64,000 nt of DNA from Pyrinomonadaceae bacterium (GTDB taxonomy: Bacteria; Acidobacteriota; Blastocatellia; Pyrinomonadales; Pyrinomonadaceae), in NCBI GenBank assembly GCA_044870975.1, contig JBIOZK010000075.1:1-64000 (forward strand). Direction: 5' to 3'. This document shows positions 48,332 through 57,605 of this stretch, one piece after another (the first letter of the stretch is position 1; every line of letters starts with the position of its first letter). The position numbers were made by a program, and so were the translations under genes. The notes below the pieces were generated by a model, which was not told the origin of the DNA, ran no database searches, and saw only the letters and a list, made by a program, of their open reading frames with translations.

Positions 48332-48844
48332 CAAAAGAAACCACCCAGCTAGTTGCCAACACTCAGACCCTCACCCAACCCTCTCCCAGCGGGAGAGGGC
48401 AATTTCGGACAATCCAATCTTTCGGGGCGAGCGAGCGCAGCGTGGGTACGCACGCCTCCGCGCGTGCTGATTCTTTTGCGTGTGTGACCAGGAGCGGCGG
48501 CTTTGCCGCAGCACAGTGCGGAAAGGCTCTGCCTTTCCGGGGAGGTGCTTCAACATTTCGTCGAGGCTATGCCTCAGACGGCGGCGTAGCCGCAATTATT
48601 AACGAGGGTCCCTACCGGTAAGCCAGAGGCTTACCGCGGGGTGCTGCGGCAAAGTCGCCGGGACAAGATCTGACGCCAATTGCAGTCTCCATGCGGGTCC
48701 AAGATGGCCAGTCGGGGGACTAGCCCCACCCCTAGGAGCGTTCAAACGGCGCCCAATGCGCCCTCCCTGACGGTCGGGCTACTGCCCCGGCCCGCCGAGG
48801 GCGTTCATCGGCGCTAAACCTTGGAGATAGAGTAGTTAGCTCCT

Positions 48845-49050
48845 GAACGGTTGCGCCTCAGAGGCTCATCGATGAGGTTCTGAGGCGCATCTTTGCACCT
48901 CTGAGGCGCACGCTTGCGGTTCGGAAGCTCATCATTGCGGCTCGGAGGCGCACGGTTGAGGTTCCTGAGCCGCATCGATGAGGCTCCGAGGCGCTCCGTC
49001 ACGGGTCTGAGGCGCTCGCGTGCCGTTCAGAAGCGCAACATTGCGGTTGA
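48845..49050. repeat. degenerate ~21-22 bp tandem repeat array (~9-10 units) with overall dyad symmetry
   Basis: units like TCTGAGGCGCAYNNNTGCGGY; perfect palindrome CTCATCGATGAG at 48865-48876; segment 48853-48888 is near reverse complement of 48962-48995. Confidence 0.65.
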
Positions 49051-49080
49051 TCAGGCAGAAGCTTGCACTGCCGAGGCCTT

Positions 49081-49152
49081 ATTTGGAGTGCGGTGACTTG
49101 TCACCGCTTTTCTGCAGGGAGGAAAGCGCCGACGAGTCGGCGCACTCCATAG
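49081..49152. repeat. GGAGTGCG..CGCACTCC-family element (copy C) with nested hairpins
   Basis: ATTTGGAGTGCG..GGTGACttgTCACC..GCGCCGACgagTCGGCGCACTCCATAG; 17 nt before the O-methyltransferase stop. Confidence 0.6.
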
Positions 49153-49168
49153 TCAAACGTTGGTCGCG

Positions 49169-50188
49169 TTACTTATAGCTAATGACAACGCGCTCGATTG
49201 TGGGCGGCAGCTCATGGATCTCGCTGCGCGTGAAACCTGCGTTCTGGGCCATCTGCTCTAATTCAGCAAACGTGTAGGCGTCGCCGCTGGGGGTGCCGCC
49301 GAGCATCTGCATCGAGAAGGCCGCAGCCTGCGGTGGTGTAATCCGATCATCGTTGGGAACGAATTCAAGCGCCACCGCCCGGCCGCCGTCGGCCAGCGAC
49401 GCGTGCACTTTCCGCAAAAGCGTCTCGCACGTCGCCTTGTTGAAGTGGTGCAGGAAATTTGTCAGTAGCACGAGGTCATACCCGGTTCCGTAATCAACAT
49501 CGAAAGCGCTGCCGGGTTTGGTTTGATAGCGATCTGATACGCCGGCGGCCGCGGCATTCTCTTTGGCTACTTCCAGCACGTTAGGCCAATCGACCGCGGT
49601 GATTTCGATTTGCGGATTCTGCTTGGCGAACGCGATGCCGTACAGGCCATGACCGGCGGCGATGTCGAGCACGCGCAGCTTCTGATCTTTCTTTGGATCG
49701 ACAAGTTCGGCCATCAGCTGTGACGGCATGGCCATCATCGGCGCCATCGCGCGCGCGAATCTAACCCACATCGGATGATCGGGTTCCAGCGCTGAATCGC
49801 TGACGCAGCCACCCTTCTGTACGGTCTCAGTCAGGCGATCGAAATTGTCCTTAATGTAAGGCGAGAGAATGAATTCACTGACTGTGCCCATGTAGGCCGG
49901 CGAACGTTTATCGAGAAACGTGGCGGAATCGAGAGTCAGTGCGTATTCGCTCCCTTGCTTGGTGAGAAAACCCATAATGGTGAGGAAGTCGCAGAGGATG
50001 CGAATGGTTCGTTCGGTGCCGCCGCAACGTTGCGCCACCGCCTTCGCCGTCGTATTCCCCTCGGCGATCGCGGTGAATAATTCAATTTCGATGGCGGTCT
50101 TGAGGGCCTGCGTCCGCTGAAACGCGTTGAATGTGTCGAATAATAGCGCCGGAGTAGGTTGCTTCCCGGCTTGAGCTTCTGGAGCCAT
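49169..50188 (-). CDS. class I SAM-dependent O-methyltransferase (COMT-like, N-terminal dimerisation domain)
   Basis: LDIAAGHGLYGIAFAK SAM motif I, DLVLLTNFLHHF, plant/bacterial O-MT fold. Confidence 0.8.
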   Translation of the reverse strand: MAPEAQAGKQPTPALLFDTFNAFQRTQALKTAIEIELFTAIAEGNTTAKAVAQRCGGTERTIRILCDFLTIMGFLTKQGSEYALTLDSATFLDKRSPAYMGTVSEFILSPYIKDNFDRLTETVQKGGCVSDSALEPDHPMWVRFARAMAPMMAMPSQLMAELVDPKKDQKLRVLDIAAGHGLYGIAFAKQNPQIEITAVDWPNVLEVAKENAAAAGVSDRYQTKPGSAFDVDYGTGYDLVLLTNFLHHFNKATCETLLRKVHASLADGGRAVALEFVPNDDRITPPQAAAFSMQMLGGTPSGDAYTFAELEQMAQNAGFTRSEIHELPPTIERVVISYK

Positions 50189-50289
50189 GATTATTACCTT
50201 CCTTGATGATGAAATTGGGGGACGCGAGAGCGTACAAAACGGGTAGGGAAAAGTCTAATGCGTCAGTGCGCGGTTACAGAAGGAAAGTT

Positions 50290-50415
50290 AAGAAAATTGA
50301 AAATTGCAAAATTGCAAAATGAAAACTGCAAATCGAAAAGCATCGGCGCCGAGTTGGATTGACCATCTGTGTGCCAATTTGAAATTTGCTTTTTCACTTT
50401 TCAATTTGCAATGCC
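50290..50415. repeat. AT-rich heptamer (AAATTGC / GCAATTT) inverted repeat arrays between lipoprotein gene and O-methyltransferase
   Basis: gaaaattgaaaattgcaaaattgcaaaatgaaaactgcaaat ... atttgaaatttgctttttcacttttcaatttgcaatg. Confidence 0.6.
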
Positions 50416-50420
50416 ACTTC

Positions 50421-51023
50421 CTAGTTCAGCTTCAACGCGACAGGTTGGGCGAGACCTTGAACGGTAAGCGTGAGGTCCTTAGGCGAGGCCACCGGCTCTT
50501 TCCCGGCCGATTGAAAAATCAATAAGCCCTGGCGCTTGCCTTCGGCATGCGTGATCGGATCCTTGACGTTGAATTCATAGGCTCGGAATTCCTTCTCAAA
50601 TTCCTTCCGTGAATTCGGATTATAGAGTTTGATTTTGTTTGCTTTAAGAATCCGCGAGATTGCCTGCTTCGCGCTAATCAGCTTCCACTCGGTGTTGGCT
50701 GAGTCGGTCAAACGAAACTTCAACTTCTTCATCTCGATTGGTTCGCCGCTGTTGTGAACGACTTCCAGGCGAACCGGCTGCAGCCCGGCGAGTTGCAGAT
50801 TAGATTCAAACAGCTCCTGCGTTTGTTCGTCAGTCAGCAGCGGCGAGGCGCGAAAAGAAAGCGACCCGACGTTCACGCTGGCCGCCGACGCGGGCATCGC
50901 GGGAATTTCACTGATGGGCTTTACTTTGAAGAGCGAATTGCTGCAGGAGATGGTCAGGAGGGCGAGCAGAAAAAGAGCCGCGGTTGTTGCAGGGCGAAGA
51001 ATCGTCAACAACTCGCGGCTCAT
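50421..51023 (-). CDS. putative lipoprotein, hypothetical
   Basis: start MSRELLTILRP with lipobox LLTISCSN; starts 4 nt after the radical-SAM gene stop (operon partner). Confidence 0.55.
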   Translation of the reverse strand: MSRELLTILRPATTAALFLLALLTISCSNSLFKVKPISEIPAMPASAASVNVGSLSFRASPLLTDEQTQELFESNLQLAGLQPVRLEVVHNSGEPIEMKKLKFRLTDSANTEWKLISAKQAISRILKANKIKLYNPNSRKEFEKEFRAYEFNVKDPITHAEGKRQGLLIFQSAGKEPVASPKDLTLTVQGLAQPVALKLN

Positions 51024-51027
51024 TTTA

Positions 51028-52875
51028 TTAGCTGGCGATCTGGATTGGTTCCGCTCCAGCCGTTGCGGCCATACCTGATCCAAGGTGATGCAGCTGCGTG
51101 GCATCGACCATATTCAAGCCTTGATCGCGAACGGTCTTAAAGCCGGGAAGAAGTTCATCGACCGGCGCGCGCATCACGTCCTTGCTGCGCTTGTGTCCGG
51201 TAAAGTCCAGGTAAAGGTGCTTGCGCATGAATCGATCGGGCACGCCGGCAAAGCGATAGAGTGGATACTTGATGCCGTTGCCGAAGAGCTTGCGGCCGAG
51301 CATGTAGTAATAGATCGGCACGCCTAACGAGAACTTCATGTTCGCGGTGCCGCCGCCGTGCCAGAAGTTCAAATTGTACTTCCAGCAGGTGTAGAAAAAC
51401 TCCCACTGGAGATCGGTCATCTCGATCAGTTTGGCCCCGTCCTTCTTCTGCATGCGGGTATCTTCCAGCGGCACAAAGAAGGTAGGTACGAAAGTTCCCT
51501 TGGCGTCGCGCAAATCGTAGAGCAGGTTCAGAGATTCTTTCGTGTCCGCGTCAGTCTCTCCCGGCAGGCCGATGATGAAGGTGCAGAACGGAAACCAATT
51601 GTGCTTGTTCAGAGTTTCCATTCCCTTCAGCACTACGTCGCGCCATTGGCGGGGTTTGTAGGGATAAGCCTTACCCTTCATGAAGATATCGAAGAGCCGC
51701 GAGCTGCCGGTTTCCAGACCGATGATGGGATCGGTCATGCGGTGTTCCGGAGCGGTTGATTCCTTATGTTGCACGTGCGAGAAGGGGACGATCAGCGGCG
51801 TCAGACGTTCGACGATCGAAGGATCTTTGACGACCGGCGCCATCGTGATGTGCGACATTTGCAGCGTTTCAATTCCGGGAACGCTCTTGACGCTACGCAA
51901 CATGTTTTCGAGCGCCGGTACGTTGGTTTCGAAATTCGTGTGTTGCTCGTAGAGGAACATGTCCTCAGTCGCCAGCATGATCTCGGTGGCGCCTTCGCGA
52001 GCGTTGACGTGCACGCTCTCCATGATGTGTTCGATCGGGAACGAGCGTCCCACCTTGGTGGCCGGACCGCAGAACTGGCAGCCGCGACCGCAGCCGCGGG
52101 TGATCTCGACGACCCCAAAGGTTGAGCGATGCTTGACGACGGGAATCTCTTCGACGGTCGGCTGCATCGACTTCGGTACTTTGACAATTCGTTCCAGCGT
52201 CGGATCGCCGGCCATGATGCGCTTGAACAGATCGCTAAATGCGCGTTCAATTTCGCCGTCGATCAAGTAATCGACATTGAATTCATCCAGGCGCTCAGCG
52301 CGCTCGAGCTGCCACGCTCCCGGACCACCGATGACGATTTTCGGGCGAAATTTCTCGATTACCGGATGTTTGACGATCTTGAGAAATTCGGCCGCATTCA
52401 GCGGAATCAGGTTCTTGCCGGCAATCTTTGAATAGACATCGGTCGCGTACGAAATCCCCAGGGGATTATGTGCGTGAATGGCGAGGACTTTGGTTTCGGG
52501 GCCGACAAATTTCTCCAGGTGATCGCCGTAGCAGACGACGACATCCTCCTCCGCGTATTCGCGCAGGAGCAGCGTCTCGACCATGCGCAGGCCGTTGGGC
52601 ACGTACTTGGCGCGACCGTCCGGCCACGATTCGTTCTGCAGAGATTCGGGGCTGATCCACTTGTGGCCAAATTTCGCGGGAATGGTTGCTGACAGCATTT
52701 GTTGCCAGATGCTGTGACGCCACTCACTCGCTTCACTGGAGGAAGCGGTTAGAACAATCTTTGGTGATCCCAACGAGGGCCTCCCGATACCTTGAGGAAA
52801 ACTTACGTTAACGCGGCGGATTCTAGCACCTGCCGCCAACCCTGCCAAGCACAATAATCGGAAGGGTGTTAGCAC
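51028..52875 (-). CDS. B12-binding domain / radical SAM domain protein
   Basis: N-terminal cobalamin-binding Rossmann region then CGRGCQFCGPATK CxxxCxxC motif; true start uncertain (possibly MLSATIPAKF ~52698). Confidence 0.8.
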   Translation of the reverse strand: MLTPFRLLCLAGLAAGARIRRVNVSFPQGIGRPSLGSPKIVLTASSSEASEWRHSIWQQMLSATIPAKFGHKWISPESLQNESWPDGRAKYVPNGLRMVETLLLREYAEEDVVVCYGDHLEKFVGPETKVLAIHAHNPLGISYATDVYSKIAGKNLIPLNAAEFLKIVKHPVIEKFRPKIVIGGPGAWQLERAERLDEFNVDYLIDGEIERAFSDLFKRIMAGDPTLERIVKVPKSMQPTVEEIPVVKHRSTFGVVEITRGCGRGCQFCGPATKVGRSFPIEHIMESVHVNAREGATEIMLATEDMFLYEQHTNFETNVPALENMLRSVKSVPGIETLQMSHITMAPVVKDPSIVERLTPLIVPFSHVQHKESTAPEHRMTDPIIGLETGSSRLFDIFMKGKAYPYKPRQWRDVVLKGMETLNKHNWFPFCTFIIGLPGETDADTKESLNLLYDLRDAKGTFVPTFFVPLEDTRMQKKDGAKLIEMTDLQWEFFYTCWKYNLNFWHGGGTANMKFSLGVPIYYYMLGRKLFGNGIKYPLYRFAGVPDRFMRKHLYLDFTGHKRSKDVMRAPVDELLPGFKTVRDQGLNMVDATQLHHLGSGMAATAGAEPIQIAS

Positions 52876-53091
52876 GTTTTGGAGATAGGACTAGTAAAAA
52901 TGCGCGATCAAAGGTGACCGGATTGCGATTTCCACTGTGTACGGTGGCGCACTTGTGGTATAGTCCGCACACTCTTGAAGGCGCGGTGCCCGTCTTGTTC
53001 ATCGCGTTGTCGCTGACGGTTTCTTGGAGCGTCTCGTGATACGGTTTACGAGGTCGCATCGTCGCGGCGCCGGATTGCCGCAAATCAATAC

Positions 53092-54636
53092 ATGAGAATT
53101 CTTCTGTATAACCCAGACAATGGCGTCACGCGGAACTTCATGCCGCACCTTTGGATGTTCTTGTTGAAGGCGCTCACGCCGCCTGAACATGAAGTCTTGT
53201 TGATCGATGGCAACGCCAAGCCACTCGGAGATGCCGAGCTGATCGCCTACCTCAAAAAAGAAAACATCGGTCTGGTCGGGATCGGCGCGATGACGCGCAT
53301 GATCGCGAAAGCTTATCGAGTCGCCGATGCTATCCGGGCGGCCGGTATTCCGGTGGTCATGGGTGGCCCGCACGTGACGGAGCTGCCGGATGAAGCGTTG
53401 GGGCGCGACGGCGGGCCGCGGCACTGCGACGCGGTTGCGCTCGGTGAAGCCGACGAGACCTGGCCGCGAATCGTTGAAGACGTCGTCCGAGGTGAACTCA
53501 AAGAAATCTACAAACCGGTTGACGAAAACGGCAAGGAACGAAAGCCGTCGCTGACACCGTACCCGAATATTCCCTGGGAAAACATGGAACTCGAACAGTT
53601 CGACATGATTCCCAAATCGGTGCGACCGCTGCTGGAGCGTTATAAGACGGGCTGGCGTTCACTGCACCTGATCCCAATCGAATCAGGTCGCGGCTGTCCC
53701 TACGGTTGTGAATTCTGCACGGTCACTGGCTTCTTTGGCGATTCGATTCGCTTCCGGAGCAACGAAAGCATCGTCGAAGAGTTGTTGCGTCTCAAGCGAC
53801 GGGCGCGAAAATCCAAGAGCCAGGTGATGGTTTTCTTCATCGACGACAACTTTGCGATCAGTATCAAGCGGACGAAAGCGCTCTTGCGCGACATTATTGC
53901 CGCGAATGCTCAATTGCCGTGGCTGGCGCAAATCAGCGCGAATCTTTTGCGCGACGAAGAACTGGTGGATCTGATGGCCGAGTCCGGCTGTCGTTGGGTT
54001 TTCATCGGCATGGAATCGATCGACCCGGTGAACCTCGCGGATGTCGCCAAGAGTTTCAATAAGCCAAATGAGTACGCCCCGGTCCTGCATCGTCTCGCGC
54101 AGCGCGGAATCTATGCGGTAACTTCATTCATTTTTGGTTTGGACAACGACACTCCGGGAGTTGCGGATCGAACGCTGGCGGCAATTGAATCATGGCCGGC
54201 CGGCTTGCCCGTTTTCGGCCAGCTCACACCATTTCCCTCGACGCCGCTTTATGAACGTCTAAAGAAGGATGGGCGTCTGACCCGGCCGAAGCATTGGCTG
54301 GAGTTTGCGCCGTATCAGATGGCCAACACGCCGCTGAAGATGACGATTCCGCAGACGCATGAAGAGTTGACCAAGGCCTGGATGGTTTCCTACAGCCCCG
54401 AACGGACGGAACAAGCTTTGGCCTCGTTGGCAGACAAACCCATCGGCGATCGTCTCATGCACATGACGATGCGGATGCTTTTCCGCGGCATATACTTTCC
54501 GCAATTTGGTAAGCGCGCGTGGGCCAAACAGGTTCTGGCCAATCGCCGTCAGATTTACCGGCTGACGCGGGAAGGTGTCGGGATGTGGCGTAAGAGCCGG
54601 CGCAGGTCGTCAGTCGTTTCGCCGGCGACCGGCTGA
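53092..54636 (+). CDS. B12-binding domain / radical SAM domain protein (DUF4070-like C-terminus)
   Basis: MRILLYNPD B12-binding start, CPYGCEFCTVTG CxxxCxxC motif, conserved C-terminal region. Confidence 0.85.
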   Translation: MRILLYNPDNGVTRNFMPHLWMFLLKALTPPEHEVLLIDGNAKPLGDAELIAYLKKENIGLVGIGAMTRMIAKAYRVADAIRAAGIPVVMGGPHVTELPDEALGRDGGPRHCDAVALGEADETWPRIVEDVVRGELKEIYKPVDENGKERKPSLTPYPNIPWENMELEQFDMIPKSVRPLLERYKTGWRSLHLIPIESGRGCPYGCEFCTVTGFFGDSIRFRSNESIVEELLRLKRRARKSKSQVMVFFIDDNFAISIKRTKALLRDIIAANAQLPWLAQISANLLRDEELVDLMAESGCRWVFIGMESIDPVNLADVAKSFNKPNEYAPVLHRLAQRGIYAVTSFIFGLDNDTPGVADRTLAAIESWPAGLPVFGQLTPFPSTPLYERLKKDGRLTRPKHWLEFAPYQMANTPLKMTIPQTHEELTKAWMVSYSPERTEQALASLADKPIGDRLMHMTMRMLFRGIYFPQFGKRAWAKQVLANRRQIYRLTREGVGMWRKSRRRSSVVSPATG

Positions 54637-54637
54637 T

Positions 54638-55489
54638 TCATCTTTTCCGCAAGACGATTGTGCGGGGAATCTGTTGCAGGTCAGCCCGAATCTCAATTAG
54701 CTCCCAGATACTTTCCTCGACAGCTTCACGCAGAGCTGCTTCCTGGTTAATCCCGAACTCAAAAATTAAGTAGCCGCGCGGGTGTAGATGTTTCGGCGCT
54801 TCTCCCAGCAATCGCCGAATCACGTCTAACCCATCCGTCCCGCCCGCCAGCGCCGCGAGCGGTTCCCGTCTTACCTCGCGTTGTAAACCGTCCAATTCAC
54901 CGTCGGGCACGTATGGTGGGTTCGATAAAACCAGCTCGAATAATTGGTCTTGAGCAAGTCCTTGAAAAAGATTGCCGTGAACCAGATGGAAACGATCGGC
55001 AACGGTGTGCCTTTTCGCGTTCCTCTCCGCGACTCGCAACGCCAGCTCAGACTGGTCGATTGCGTCAACCTGCGCCTGCTGCCGCTCGTGCAGAATCGAA
55101 ATCGCAATGCATCCTGAGCCCGTGCCGACATCGGCGAAGCGGAATTCAACGTCGTGCGGAAATAGCTCCAGCACTGCTTCCACGATCAGCTCAGTTTCCG
55201 GCCGCGGTATCAAGACGTCGGGTGTAACTTCGAAATCGAGCTTGAAGAATTCCTGGTGACCGGTGATGTACTGCAATGGCTCGCCGGCGGCGCGCCGTGA
55301 GACGAAAGCGCTAAAAGTGCGCCACTGTTCAGGTGTAAGTGCCTGGTCATCGTGGGCGATCAGAAAGGCTCGGTCACTGCCCAGCGTGTGACCCAACAGC
55401 AACGCCGCTTCGAGGCGAGGTCCGTCTACCGCCGCGAGGCGCAGTGTCTCCGACGCTTCCTGAATCGCTTTGGCGATTGAGATATCCAT
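54638..55489 (-). CDS. prmC: release factor glutamine N5-methyltransferase
   Basis: NPPY motif (LVLSNPPYVPDGE), SAM motif DVGTGSGCIAISI. Confidence 0.85.
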   Translation of the reverse strand: MDISIAKAIQEASETLRLAAVDGPRLEAALLLGHTLGSDRAFLIAHDDQALTPEQWRTFSAFVSRRAAGEPLQYITGHQEFFKLDFEVTPDVLIPRPETELIVEAVLELFPHDVEFRFADVGTGSGCIAISILHERQQAQVDAIDQSELALRVAERNAKRHTVADRFHLVHGNLFQGLAQDQLFELVLSNPPYVPDGELDGLQREVRREPLAALAGGTDGLDVIRRLLGEAPKHLHPRGYLIFEFGINQEAALREAVEESIWELIEIRADLQQIPRTIVLRKR

Positions 55490-55787
55490 CTTGCGGGCTG
55501 CTTCTGATTTCGAATTCTTATTGATTCAGCTCCTTATTCTATATTAGGCTTCGTTACGAAAGAGAAATTCGGTGTGGGCATCGTGGGGTTGCGAACGGTC
55601 AACGTGACTTCACGAAATTGTGCCGTCCACGGGAATGCGGCCCCAATTGAAAGTTTTATTTGGGCAGCAACGAAACGAAATCGTTTCTCCCGTACGGACG
55701 GCGGAGCCCCGATGGTAAGTCGGGGTTTCGCAGTTCTCAGGGCAGAGCTGTACAAACTTTTTGAGCGAAGGAGACCACTCCTGACAA

Positions 55788-56156
55788 ATGGGCGCTCTGA
55801 CGAAAAGCCTCGTACTGTTTTTCCTGAATTGGATTGACGCGCAATTGACACTCATCTGGATCCGTGCCGGCGTCGCCAGTGAGGGCAACGGTCTGATGAA
55901 TGAGTTGCTGAAGATTGGCGACGGTCCATTCCTGTTCGCTAAGTTGGCGGTCGGCGCGTTTGCCGCCTACGTGCTGTATCGCTGCGCGCATCTGCCGCTG
56001 GCTCGCCGCGGCATGCAAGCTGCGCTGGTTATCTATTGCCTGGTCATGTGCGCGCATGCAGCGACCGGCGTATCGGCGCTGGGCTGGCACACGCCCCTGG
56101 CAGTCGTCACCTACATCACGAATGCGCCCCACACCCTGCTCACGCTCTTCTCTTAA
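55788..56156 (+). CDS. small membrane protein (DUF5658-like)
   Basis: 122 aa, 3-4 TM helices, FFLNWIDAQLTL...NGLMNEL pattern. Confidence 0.45.
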   Translation: MGALTKSLVLFFLNWIDAQLTLIWIRAGVASEGNGLMNELLKIGDGPFLFAKLAVGAFAAYVLYRCAHLPLARRGMQAALVIYCLVMCAHAATGVSALGWHTPLAVVTYITNAPHTLLTLFS

Positions 56157-56305
56157 CATCGCTTAACAATTAGAAGAAAATAATTTGGAACCTCGACGCG
56201 AGTTAGCGGAACTTGCGTATGGTGCGGTGCGTTTTGCAAATGCGGTTTACGCAACCGTAAACTGCTTAGGCGGCATCTTACTTAGGCGTCAGGAGATACA
56301 GAATT

Positions 56306-57472
56306 ATGTATAGATTAACAGCGCGTCAGATCATGGTGATGTTATTGGGTTCGGCCTTGCTGGCCGCGGTCACCGTGCTCGGCGTTCAGCAATTGTCCAG
56401 TCACCTTCAGCCATTTGGTTCGGCAGCGCCATCTGCGACTTCGCCCGTCGTTGATCCCGCACTCGCGACCGACGAGCAGAACAACATCGAAGTTTACAAA
56501 GGGGTCTCGCCCGGTGTCGTCTACATTCAATCCAGCACCACGGTGCGCGACTGGACGGGTTTATTTGCGCAGGAGCGAGAGGGCGCCGGCTCGGGGTCTG
56601 TTATCGATGCCGAGGGCGACATCCTGACGAACTACCACGTGATCGCCAATGCCGAAAAACTGACTGTCAGTTTCGCGGGTGGGAAGGCCTATCAGGCGCG
56701 CGTGGTAGGCAAGGATCCCGATACCGACCTGGCCGTGATTCGCCTGCTCGAACAACCGAAAGAGCCCATGACGGTGATACAGTTCGGCGATTCAGATCAT
56801 CTCGTCGTGGGACAAAAGGTGCTGGCGATTGGCAATCCCTTTGGGCTTGATCGAACGTTGACTACCGGCGTGATTAGCGGCTTACAGAGACCCATTCATG
56901 CTGAGAACAATCGGCTGATCGAAGGCGCCATCCAGACTGATGCGGCCATCAATCCCGGCAATTCAGGAGGGCCGCTGCTCGATTCGCACGGGCGCATGAT
57001 CGGCATCAACGCGCAGATTGAATCGCCCAGCGGCGCGTCGGCCGGTGTGGGCTTCGCCATTCCGGTGAATATCGCCAAACGAATCGTGCCGCAACTGGTC
57101 AAGAACGGAGCGGTGCTGCGGCCGAGTCTGGCGATCACGATGAAGAATGTAGAAGACTTTGGCCGGCAGGCGGGGCTGCCGACGCCAGACGGCGTTTTGG
57201 TTTGGACTGTGCGCATGGGCGGCGCCGGAGCCAACGCCGGGTTGCGCGGTCTGTCACGAACTGACGATGGCGACGTCGAACTCGGCGACATCATCGTTGG
57301 CATTGATGGCCAGAAGGTTACGACGGACGACGATGTCTATCGCATCCTCGACAAGCATCAAATCGGCGACACCGTCAGCGTTGATGTGATTCGGAAAGGA
57401 CGCAAGGCCACGGTTCCGGTGCGGCTAACCGATGCCCCGCCACCCGCGCGTCGTCGATACAACGAAGAATAA
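56306..57472 (+). CDS. HtrA/DegP-family trypsin-like serine protease with C-terminal PDZ domain
   Basis: catalytic His (TNYHVI), Asp, GNSGGPL serine motif; PDZ domain; N-terminal anchor. Confidence 0.85.
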   Translation: MYRLTARQIMVMLLGSALLAAVTVLGVQQLSSHLQPFGSAAPSATSPVVDPALATDEQNNIEVYKGVSPGVVYIQSSTTVRDWTGLFAQEREGAGSGSVIDAEGDILTNYHVIANAEKLTVSFAGGKAYQARVVGKDPDTDLAVIRLLEQPKEPMTVIQFGDSDHLVVGQKVLAIGNPFGLDRTLTTGVISGLQRPIHAENNRLIEGAIQTDAAINPGNSGGPLLDSHGRMIGINAQIESPSGASAGVGFAIPVNIAKRIVPQLVKNGAVLRPSLAITMKNVEDFGRQAGLPTPDGVLVWTVRMGGAGANAGLRGLSRTDDGDVELGDIIVGIDGQKVTTDDDVYRILDKHQIGDTVSVDVIRKGRKATVPVRLTDAPPPARRRYNEE

Positions 57473-57484
57473 ATTGTCAGGAAT

Positions 57485-57520
57485 CGTGTAAATGAAAAAA
57501 CGCGCGTCGTTAATGCGGCG
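57485..57520. terminator. bidirectional intrinsic terminator between htrA-like and HIT genes
   Basis: AAAAAA-CGCGCGTCG..CGGCGCGCG-TTTTTT. Confidence 0.8.
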
Positions 57521-57525
57521 CGCGT

Positions 57526-57590
57526 TTTTTGTTAGTGGCACAGACTTCGGTCTGTGATGCTGTCAAATCTGGAAAACACAGACTGAAGTC
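57526..57590. repeat. REP-like doublet after the htrA terminator
   Basis: cacagacttcggtctgtg ... cacagactgaagtctgtg. Confidence 0.7.
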
Positions 57591-57605
57591 TGTGTCACAC
57601 TGCGA

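Noticed and set aside
48518-48540. GGAAAGG..CCTTTCC resembling the RNase P P4 GGAAAGUCCGG motif
   Set aside because: Only a short hairpin matches. The conserved P4 partner strand and the CR-I to CR-V blocks are absent.
48845-49050. Possible CRISPR array
   Set aside because: The repeats are contiguous, degenerate and ~21 bp long, with no unique spacers and overall dyad symmetry. No cas genes are nearby.
52876-53091. Cobalamin riboswitch in the divergent region between the two B12-radical-SAM genes
   Set aside because: I looked for the B12-box (GCCACUG, AGYCMGG) and found no match.
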